From contig DASTBI010000163.1 of assembly GCA_035712145.1 (NCBI GenBank), positions 3,241 through 67,240 on the forward strand: a stretch of DNA of 64,000 nucleotides. Reading direction: 5' to 3'. Within the stretch, counting starts at the first letter, position 1; every line of letters begins with the position of its first letter. This document shows, piece by piece, positions 56,775 through 64,000 of the stretch. The position numbers were made by a program, and so were the translations under genes. The notes under the pieces are model-generated. The model worked only from the letters and a program-made list of their open reading frames with translations. It ran no database searches and was not told the origin of the DNA. This stretch comes from Candidatus Eiseniibacteriota bacterium. Lineage in GTDB: Bacteria; Eisenbacteria; RBG-16-71-46.

Positions 56775-58322
56775 GTGAGCCAGCACGTCGCGTGGGCGGA
56801 AAAGATCGAGGACGCCGCCGCACGCCTGCCGGAGCGCGTGCGCTGGAACGAGAAGGTCGGCCCCGAGGCGCTCACGTTCGACGACGTGCTCCTCGTTCCT
56901 CGCCTCTCCGAGGTTCACCCCCGCGAGGTCGAGACTCGCTCGCGCTTCTCGCGGCGCATCCCCATCAACATCCCGATCGTCAGCGCCGCCATGGACACGG
57001 TGACCGAATCGGAGCTGGCCATCGCGCTCGCCCGTGAAGGCGGCCTCGGAGTCATCCACAAGAACATGACGATCTCCGAGCAGGTGTCGCAGGTCGACCG
57101 CGTCAAGCGCTCCGAGAGCGGCATGATCACCGATCCGGTGACGCTCCCTCCCGAAGCGACGCTCGGCGACGCGCACGCCATCATGGCGCGCTTCCACATT
57201 TCCGGCGTGCCGATCACCGAGAACGGAAGACTGATCGGCATCCTCACCAACCGCGACCTGCGCTTCGAAGACCGCATGGATCGCCGCGTGTCGGAGGTGA
57301 TGACGCGCGACAAGCTGGTGACGACGCCGGTCGGCACCACGCTCGAGCAGGCGCGGCTCATCCTGCAGCGCAACCGGATCGAGAAGCTGCCGGTCGTCGA
57401 CGAAGCCGGAAACCTGCGCGGGTTGATCACGGTCAAGGACATCGAGAAGCGCGTGAAGCACCCGGAAGCATGCAAGGACGAGCTCGGACGCCTGCGGGTG
57501 GCGGGCGCCGTCGGTGCGGGGGGCGACGCCATGGAGCGCGCCACCGAGCTGGTGAAGGCGGGCGCCGACGCCCTGGTGGTGGACAGCGCGCACGCCCATT
57601 CGAGCGGCGTCATGCAAATGACCGAGCGAATTCGCGAACGCTTCGCCGATGTGGACCTGGTGGTGGGCAATGTCGGCACCTACGACGGGGCCAAGGCGAT
57701 CGCAGCCCTCGGCGTCGACGGCATCAAGGTGGGCATGGGCCCGGGCGCCATCTGCACCACGCGAGTCGTCACCGGAGCGGGCATGGCCCAGGTGACGGCG
57801 ATCCTCGAGGCGGCGCGCGCGCTCGAAGGGACGGAGATCCCATTGATCGCGGACGGGGGCATCAAGTACAGCGGCGACGTCGTGAAGGCGCTGGCCTCCG
57901 GCGGCCACTCGGTGATGATCGGCAGCTTGTTCGCGGGCACCGAGGAGAGCCCGGGCGAAGTGGTGCTCCTCGAAGGACGCTCCTACAAGGTTTATCGGGG
58001 GATGGGATCACTCTCCGCCATGGCCGCGGGCAGGGGCAGCCGCGAGCGCTACTTCCAGGAAGCGGCCGAAGGGCTGGCGAAGCTGGTTCCCGAGGGCATC
58101 GAAGGCCGGGTGCCGTTCAAGGGACCGCTGGCCCACACGGTCTTCCAGATGGTGGGCGGGCTGAGAGCCGGGATGGGTTACTGCGGCGTGCGCTCGATCG
58201 AGGAGCTGCGGACGCTGACCCGCTTCGTTCGCGTGAGCGCCGCCGGCCTGCGCGAGAGCCATCCTCACGACATCACGATCACCTCGGAAGCCCCCAACTA
58301 CGAGATCCCCCGCCGCTCGTAG
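56775..58322 (+). CDS. guaB: IMP dehydrogenase
   Basis: [10 protein letters not shown], a CBS pair, [15 protein letters not shown] (catalytic Cys loop), [14 protein letters not shown]. The GTG at 56775 gives an N-terminus about 25 aa longer than usual; the GTG at 56838 is an alternative. Confidence 0.95.
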   Translation: MSQHVAWAEKIEDAAARLPERVRWNEKVGPEALTFDDVLLVPRLSEVHPREVETRSRFSRRIPINIPIVSAAMDTVTESELAIALAREGGLGVIHKNMTISEQVSQVDRVKRSESGMITDPVTLPPEATLGDAHAIMARFHISGVPITENGRLIGILTNRDLRFEDRMDRRVSEVMTRDKLVTTPVGTTLEQARLILQRNRIEKLPVVDEAGNLRGLITVKDIEKRVKHPEACKDELGRLRVAGAVGAGGDAMERATELVKAGADALVVDSAHAHSSGVMQMTERIRERFADVDLVVGNVGTYDGAKAIAALGVDGIKVGMGPGAICTTRVVTGAGMAQVTAILEAARALEGTEIPLIADGGIKYSGDVVKALASGGHSVMIGSLFAGTEESPGEVVLLEGRSYKVYRGMGSLSAMAAGRGSRERYFQEAAEGLAKLVPEGIEGRVPFKGPLAHTVFQMVGGLRAGMGYCGVRSIEELRTLTRFVRVSAAGLRESHPHDITITSEAPNYEIPRRS

Positions 58323-58517
58323 CCGCCCAGCGAGGGGAGCGCGCCGGAGCAGGATGCGGAGGCGACGCGAGTCCGAAACGGAACCGTGCGCTTGGGGTGC
58401 GCTTCGGGAGCTGGAAACGAGCGCGGCCCGGCCTCTCAGGACCGGGCCCGTCGCTCGGGTGAGAGGCTCTCGGCCTCTCGATGCCAGACGTGCTCGGCTC
58501 GGACGTCCGGCGGAAGC

Positions 58518-59285
58518 TCAGCGCTTCGGCAGCTCGAACTTGAACGAGGGGTTGAGCTGCTTGATCTCGCTCACCACCCGCTCGAGGCTCTCCTCGGTCT
58601 CTGGGCTCGGCTGTGACTTCCAGACCGTGTAGAGCTCCAGCAGCTCGTCCTGCTTGAGGCGAAGCATCTCCTGCTTCGTGTCCTCGTTGACCGAGCGCTC
58701 CAGGTGGTAGACCTCGCCAGCCGACAGGCGGGTCATCAAGTCGAGATACTCGCCCCGCATGTGGGAGAGGATCTTGATGTACTTGTCGAAGCCGACAGAC
58801 AGCTTTTCCAGCACGTCCGCCACGCCCTGGTTCTTGCGGTGGACCTGCTGCGCGTAAGAGTACGCGAAGTGGTAGTAGGTCTTGCCCCGGCCAATGTAGG
58901 CCTCTTCGGCAGGCTGGACCACCTTCGCCCGCGAGCCCGCCGGCACCATCGGGTTGTCGAAGATGCCGATCGAGATCAACAGGAAGTCGGCATTCGTCTT
59001 GTAAATGAGGTACTTGAGCCGGGAGTCCGTCGAATTGGACAGCCGGCGAAAGACGTCGGTGTCGTACTTCGACAGGAACCGCTTGGACTGCTCCACGTAC
59101 TCCGGGTTGATGAACGAATGGAGCAGGTGGGCGAGGTAGACGTTGACGTCCTCGTCATAGAAGTCCTGGTTCGAAACCAGGCCCGTCTCCATCCGGCTAT
59201 AGAGGAGACAGTTGATCATGAAGTAATAGGTCGGCTGGAGATTCCGATCCGTTTCCTTCAGGTCGACATAGTGACGCGGATTCAT
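58518..59285 (-). CDS. conserved-looking hypothetical protein, markedly lower GC than its surroundings
   Basis: 255 aa, rich in K/N/Y/F/I/E (MNPRHYVDLKETDRNLQPTYYFMINCLLYSRME...). GAGGAAGG Shine-Dalgarno. No motif that I recognise. Confidence 0.8.
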   Translation of the reverse strand: MNPRHYVDLKETDRNLQPTYYFMINCLLYSRMETGLVSNQDFYDEDVNVYLAHLLHSFINPEYVEQSKRFLSKYDTDVFRRLSNSTDSRLKYLIYKTNADFLLISIGIFDNPMVPAGSRAKVVQPAEEAYIGRGKTYYHFAYSYAQQVHRKNQGVADVLEKLSVGFDKYIKILSHMRGEYLDLMTRLSAGEVYHLERSVNEDTKQEMLRLKQDELLELYTVWKSQPSPETEESLERVVSEIKQLNPSFKFELPKR

Positions 59286-59812
59286 CGTTCGCCTTCCTCG
59301 GCGGTCAAGCCGTCAGCTCTCGAACAAGAAGGATTCGCATCCTTCGTGCCATGCGTCGCGACCCATGGACGGGAGCTGAATCCCGCGTCACGAGCGATTC
59401 CGAACGATGGATTGGAAGCCACGCAGCCACCTTCACTTCGCGTCGGAAGGCCCAGGAGCCGGGGCCATTTCCCCCGGCTAATCGTTCAGGAATGAGATGG
59501 TTGGATAGGTCGAGAAAGTGTCTCGTCCGGTCCACTGTGTGCGCCGCTTTTCGCAATGGATTTGTCACCCATGAAAAGGTTTTGATACCTCGCGGCGGCC
59601 AAACTCGACGCCTGCCAGCGCGTTAGAATCGGTGCGCGAAATCGCACGGCGATTTGCGTCACGCAACCCGATGACGTGGCGAGAGGACCGCGAGCCTGGC
59701 GAGCGCCAGGGCTTGAAGTCGGCGGGGACACTGCCGAAGCAGGGTATGGCTCTTGCAGTTGCGCGGATCGGGATCCCGCGCTTCACACCCATTGTCGGGC
59801 GACCACACACCC

Positions 59813-61264
59813 ATGACCGACCACCCACCCGACCGGAGCACGGTTCCCGCGCGAGCGCGCCCGTTTTCCACGCTCCGGCTCCGTATCTGGATCGCGTGCC
59901 TCGTAGGCGCTCTGGTCGCCGCTGTCGGCATTGGACTGGTCGTCAGTCTCCAGATCGGACCCGAAACCAATCTGGATGCGGTCGTCTCGGGACTCTCGGT
60001 CATTGCCGGCGCAGCGGTGGTCGCCGGAGCCGCGATGGCCTTCTGGCTGGATCGCGGGATCGTCGTCCGAGCCAGAGGACTCGCCGCAGTGGTGGCGCGG
60101 CGCGAGGCCGCAGCCCCGGGCGGTCTTGGGGCGGTATCCGGCTGGGGAGAGCTTGCGGACCTCTCGGCGCAGATCGATGAGCTGCTCGTCCGCCATCGCC
60201 AGACCGAGACCGCGGCGGAAGAGCTGGGCACGCTTCGCGACCAGCTCATGGCGGTCCGGCAATCCCTCGAGCGCTGGAGCACCGAGGAGCGATGGATGGA
60301 GCTTCGCGCCGAAGGCGGTCCCGTCGGGCCGGTCGTCGAGGCCCTGAATCGAGGCCTTCGCCGCTGGGACGAGGTGCGGGAGCAGAACCTCGAAGCGGCG
60401 CGGCAGGTGGCGTCGGAAATGGAGCGTGCTCTCGACGCGGCGCGCGACTCCGCCGAGCAGGCCGAGCGCGGCTTCGTGGAAGCCACGGCGCTGCTCACCA
60501 CGGTCCGCGAGCTTCAGCGGCTCAGCCTGGAGCTGGCGCAGACCGTGGTGGGATCCGCGGCTCCGGGGGACTTCCAGGCGGCGATGGCGGCCTCGGCTCG
60601 GGAGGCGATCGAAGCCCTGGTGGAAGGCTCGAGCCGCACGGTGGAGCACCTCGGTCGCGGCCTCGGCCGGGTGGAGGAGATCGCGAGCCAGGTGCCGGTG
60701 CTGGCCAACCGGGCCACGCTCATCGCGCTCAACAGCACGCTCGATCCAGCCAGCGGCAAGGCCGAGCGCGCCGACGAGACGCGCCGGCTGGTCATGGACA
60801 TCCGCGCGGTCGTCGCCCGTGCGTCGAAGCTCACGCTGGACGTCGAGCGCGATGTCGCCGCGGCTTCGAGCGAGATGCAGTCCGTGCGCGAGCGGGTGGC
60901 CGGGAAGCTCGACGAGATCCAGGCGCCGCCTTCCTCGCCGCGCGCGCTCGAGGACGTGTCGAGGCTGCTCGACCGCATCCGGGAGATGATCCAGGACGCC
61001 ACCCGCAAGGGAGAGCGGCTGTCGGCGACCGGCGAACGCGCGTCGCGCGCCGCCGAGAGCCTGATGCGGACGCTCGAGACCGACGCGCGCGAGATGACCG
61101 GCCTGATCGCCCGGCTGGCCCCTCCCGCGCCCTCGTCCTCCGCGCCATCGGAAAGCAGCGATCCTGGCCGCGCCGCCCGCCTGCGGCTGCTGAGCCAGGA
61201 GCGCGGGCTACCGGATCGCGGCAGCGAACGGCGTACGCCCGGAACCGGAGAGGAGCCACGGTGA
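59813..61264 (+). CDS. membrane protein with divergent methyl-accepting chemotaxis (MCP) signalling-like domain
   Basis: Two TM helices, then long helical heptads. IASQVPVLANRATLIALNSTLDPASGK sits where MCPs carry IA.QTNLLALNAAIEAARAGE. Confidence 0.65.
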   Translation: MTDHPPDRSTVPARARPFSTLRLRIWIACLVGALVAAVGIGLVVSLQIGPETNLDAVVSGLSVIAGAAVVAGAAMAFWLDRGIVVRARGLAAVVARREAAAPGGLGAVSGWGELADLSAQIDELLVRHRQTETAAEELGTLRDQLMAVRQSLERWSTEERWMELRAEGGPVGPVVEALNRGLRRWDEVREQNLEAARQVASEMERALDAARDSAEQAERGFVEATALLTTVRELQRLSLELAQTVVGSAAPGDFQAAMAASAREAIEALVEGSSRTVEHLGRGLGRVEEIASQVPVLANRATLIALNSTLDPASGKAERADETRRLVMDIRAVVARASKLTLDVERDVAAASSEMQSVRERVAGKLDEIQAPPSSPRALEDVSRLLDRIREMIQDATRKGERLSATGERASRAAESLMRTLETDAREMTGLIARLAPPAPSSSAPSESSDPGRAARLRLLSQERGLPDRGSERRTPGTGEEPR

Positions 61265-62532
61265 ACCCGAACGAGCCCACCGCCGAGCTTCACAGCGATT
61301 CGGGGAACGGATCGGTGTCGGCTGCCGAGGCGCTCGCTGGATTGCCGATCTCGGGCGTGCAACGACTCGCCGCCGTTCGTCTCACCGGCGTGGTCGCCGC
61401 GACCTCGAGGGCGGCGATCGATATGGCGCTCGGTGAGCACCCTCCCCGGCGGCCGCTCGCCGCGTCCTGGGACGACGGCGCGCTCGAGGTCACGCTGCCC
61501 GAGGTGCGGCTCGACCACCTGACGGCGGCGGCCTCGCTGCTCGAGACCGTCGAAGGAAGCCTGGGGGCCGCGCGCGAGAGCCGCTCGTTCGTGCTGCGCG
61601 TGCCGGTGGCTTCCGCGCGCGCGATGTACCTGATGCTCGAGCAAGGCACGTTGGGTCTCGCCATTCCGTGGCACTCGGTGATCCGGATCCGGCTGATCGA
61701 GCCTTCAGCTCTGGAAGCATTGGCGCGGCGGGAAGGCTGCCCCGTGCTGAACCCCTTCGTCACCGTGCCGTCCTCGAGTCTGGAGCGCCCCGCCGTGCTG
61801 GTCGCGCTCGGTCTGCGGCGCGCCTTCGTGGTCGCGGACCGGCTGGTGTGGCGCATGCCCGCCGAGCCCACCGAAGAGTCAGGCGCCGCGCCAGGAGCGA
61901 GCCTGGGACCGGCGGTGCGCAACGCCGATGGTGAAGTGTTCTGGGTGGTCGATCCGGCGCGTCTCCTCAAGGGAGTCGAGCCGACGCCCATGCCGGCGCC
62001 CTCGCCGCCGCTCGCTCCGCGCCCGTCACCCTCTTCCGCGCCCGAGGAGAGCTCCGTCCAGCGGCCGGAGCCGGTTTCCAGGGCGCCCGAGCCGGCCTTG
62101 ATCGAGCTCCGTCCCGAAGACGTCGAGCCGCTGCGTGATCCCGAGCCTGCGCCACCGCCGCGGATGTCCTTGCGTGCCAGCCGGCGCGCGCTGGTCGTCG
62201 AGGATTCGATCGTCGGCCGGATCTTCCTCCAGCGTCTGCTCGAGGCGCAGGGCTTCAGCGTGGAATCAGCCTCGAGCGCGTCTGAGCTTCGCCACGCCAT
62301 GGGGCCCGGCCGCTGGGACGTGCTGTTCGTCGATGTCGCCTTGCCCGATTCACCCCGGGGCGACCACCTGCGCGAGCTCGCGGCCATGAACGCGGTCGCC
62401 CTCGTGCGCGACGCGCACGACGAGAAGGTCGCGACGCTGGCCGGCATTCGCCTCGCGCTGCGCAAGCCTTTCGAGCGCGGCGATCTCCTGCGGGTGGTCG
62501 AGGCGCTGGGCCTTCAAGGAGAAACGGCGTGA
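61261..62532 (+). CDS. CheA-remnant/CheW-like domain fused to a receiver (REC) domain
   Basis: The GTG at 61261 overlaps the upstream stop (GTGA). ...SRSFVLRVPVASARAMYLMLEQGTLGLAIPWHSVIRI... resembles the end of the CheA P4 domain followed by a P5/CheW fold. The C-terminal REC has ALVVEDS, VLFVDVALPD and LRKPF. Confidence 0.7.
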   Translation: MNPNEPTAELHSDSGNGSVSAAEALAGLPISGVQRLAAVRLTGVVAATSRAAIDMALGEHPPRRPLAASWDDGALEVTLPEVRLDHLTAAASLLETVEGSLGAARESRSFVLRVPVASARAMYLMLEQGTLGLAIPWHSVIRIRLIEPSALEALARREGCPVLNPFVTVPSSSLERPAVLVALGLRRAFVVADRLVWRMPAEPTEESGAAPGASLGPAVRNADGEVFWVVDPARLLKGVEPTPMPAPSPPLAPRPSPSSAPEESSVQRPEPVSRAPEPALIELRPEDVEPLRDPEPAPPPRMSLRASRRALVVEDSIVGRIFLQRLLEAQGFSVESASSASELRHAMGPGRWDVLFVDVALPDSPRGDHLRELAAMNAVALVRDAHDEKVATLAGIRLALRKPFERGDLLRVVEALGLQGETA

Positions 62533-64000
62533 GCCTGGCCGGCGTTCCCGAGACTTCCACACCCGCATCCATCCTGGTGGTCGACGATGACCGCCGCGTG
62601 GTCGAGCTGCTGACCATCGCGCTCAACGCCTACGGCTTCCGTGTGCTCCAGGCGAGCGACGGGGAAGAGGCGCTGCGGCTGGCTTCGCGGGAGCGCCCCG
62701 ATCTCGTGGTGCTCGACGTGCGCCTGCCCAAGCGCAGCGGATACGAGGTGTGCGAGGTGCTCCGGCAGGACCCGGAGGATCCTCAGCTCCCGATCATCAT
62801 GGTGTCGGCGGCGGCGGAAACCGAAGCCCGGCTCCAGGGATTGTCGCGTGGCGCCGACGACTACGTGGCGAAGCCCTTCTCGCCCAAGGAGCTCATCGCC
62901 CGCATCCGGCGCCTGCTGGCGCGCTCGGCCGAATCGCGTGAAGCGCGGCGCAGGAGTCGCGCCGCCGAGCACGAGCTCGGTCAGGCCAGGGAGGAGGCTC
63001 GCCGCAGCCACGCGGAGCTTCTGGATCAGCAACGGATGCGCGATCTCGCCGACCAGTTCGCGAGCGACTTCCATGCCTCGCTGGACAGCGATGCCCTGAC
63101 CCGACGACTCCTGATCGAGACCCAGGCCCAGCTCGGGGCGGGCATGGTGGCGCTGCTCGAAGCCGATGAAGCCGGTGGCGCGCTGCGCGCTCGCGCCGTG
63201 CGCGGTGACGGGGCAAGCCGCATCGAGCCGCTCTCGCTCGAGCCGCAGAGCGAGCTGCTGGCGCTCCTCGCGGGGCTCGGCCGTCCGGTTCGCCGGCGTG
63301 ACCTCGATCGTTTCCCCGAGCTCCAGGCCGAGCTGCGAGCGTTCGTCGCGGCCGGCATCGCGGTCATCGCCCCCCTGCGTGGACCGGAAGGACTGATGGG
63401 CCTGATCGTCGCCGACGAGCGCATCGACGGCGCCGAGGTGGGCGCCCCGCGGCTCGAAGCCATGGACGTGTTGTGTCACACGGCTTCGCTGGCCTTGCGC
63501 AACGCGGCTCGCTCCGCGCGTCAGGCCGAAGCGCTGCTGGAGGCGCTCGACGCGCTGGCTGGACGCGAGTCGGACCCGGCACGGAACACCGCCGGTGAAG
63601 AGGCGGTTCTTCGGCTGGAGCCCAGCACGGCGGCGCTTCCTTCCGCGGTGCGGCGCGACGTCGAGCGTGCCGTCCGGATGGCCGAGTGGAGCGCCGGCGA
63701 GAGCGGGTCCCGAGCGCTGGCCGGCATGGCGGAGCGCGACGCCAGCGGCCGGGTGTCACGCTTCGCCCGGCTGATCACGATCGCGCGCGATCTCGAGGCG
63801 ACCAACGCCTTCGAACCGGAGCCCTACTTCGACGCCTCGGTGGCCATCGTGCGCTGGGGCCTGGCGTACGTCGAGCACCGCGTCCGTGGTCTGGCGGCCG
63901 ACGCCGCGCACGAGCGCGCGTCTGCCGCCGCCGATCACCCCGTGCTCGACCCGCTCGGGGGGCCCGCGCGGCGCGCGCGGCGCCCTACTTCTTCTCCCCG
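62529..64000 (+). CDS. response regulator (REC) with coiled coil and GAF-like domain; 3' end runs off the window
   Basis: My own translation from the GTG at 62529 (GTGA overlap) gives VSLAGVPETSTPASILVVDDDRRVVELL...DLVVLDVRLPKRSGYEV...IIMVSAAAE...DDYVAKPFSPKEL, then GAF-like ...GMVALLEADEAGGALRARAV...GLMGLIVADE. It is absent from the ORF track because there is no stop in the window. Confidence 0.8.
   Translation, partial: MSLAGVPETSTPASILVVDDDRRVVELLTIALNAYGFRVLQASDGEEALRLASRERPDLVVLDVRLPKRSGYEVCEVLRQDPEDPQLPIIMVSAAAETEARLQGLSRGADDYVAKPFSPKELIARIRRLLARSAESREARRRSRAAEHELGQAREEARRSHAELLDQQRMRDLADQFASDFHASLDSDALTRRLLIETQAQLGAGMVALLEADEAGGALRARAVRGDGASRIEPLSLEPQSELLALLAGLGRPVRRRDLDRFPELQAELRAFVAAGIAVIAPLRGPEGLMGLIVADERIDGAEVGAPRLEAMDVLCHTASLALRNAARSARQAEALLEALDALAGRESDPARNTAGEEAVLRLEPSTAALPSAVRRDVERAVRMAEWSAGESGSRALAGMAERDASGRVSRFARLITIARDLEATNAFEPEPYFDASVAIVRWGLAYVEHRVRGLAADAAHERASAAADHPVLDPLGGPARRARRPTSSP

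Noticed and set aside
48916-56875. Long ORFs 48916..51039 plus, 53778..55877 plus and 55385..56875 minus
   Set aside because: They are antisense or out of frame relative to DUF4175, secD and the OMP gene. They have low-complexity Leu/Arg/Glu or Arg/Gly composition and run across intergenic DNA.
59395-59440. GGAA tetraloop region (cgtcGGAAggcccaggagcc) vaguely resembling the SRP RNA domain IV
   Set aside because: The conserved symmetric and asymmetric loop sequence (GGAAGCAGCC context) and the extended helix are not present. The resemblance is only a short stem with a GNRA loop.

Overview
High-GC bacterial chromosomal window (hand counts of typical 60-nt lines give about 42/60 G+C). It is densely packed with about 50 genes, mostly on the minus strand in long, translationally coupled operons (many ATGA/GTGA/TTGA stop-start overlaps). 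All calls come from reading the supplied ORF translations plus my own translation of two edge ORFs that the track omits because they have no stop in the window. No database search was run, so family names rest on motif recall. Main blocks, in order: (1) housekeeping genes: M24 peptidase, rhomboid, trxA, nnr, HAD, SDR, NRDE. (2) Two tandem paralogous secreted proteins followed by an MrfA/MrfB-like helicase-exonuclease pair. (3) A zinc-ribbon/cold-shock-domain fusion gene behind a consensus sigma70 promoter and a long leader. (4) A lipid-utilisation supercluster: SGNH lipoprotein, FadL, FadD, then divergent TPR, FadA, FadB. (5) A Cus/Czc-type RND metal efflux operon with two small accessory ORFs. 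(6) A lower-GC stretch with proteins carrying T9SS/FlgD-Ig-like C-terminal tails. (7) The conserved tilS-hpt-ftsH and folP-cdaA neighbourhoods, with a tRNA(CAU) gene that overlaps the only canonical tilS start codon. (8) OmpA/TSP3 and Kelch proteins. (9) An 11-kb operon running secD-secF-lipoprotein-DUF4159-DUF4175-TPR-GATase-like. (10) guaB. (11) A kinase-less chemosensory-like module: degenerate MCP, CheA-remnant/CheW-REC, REC-GAF. I saw no rRNA, CRISPR array, transposase or integrase. The observations I rate highest are the tRNA(CAU)/tilS overlap, the kinase-less chemosensory module, the Zn-ribbon-CSD gene with an attenuator-like leader, and the secDF-DUF4159-DUF4175 operon. The phylum guess (a Gemmatimonadota-like or FCB-related lineage, because of the T9SS-type tails) is inference only.
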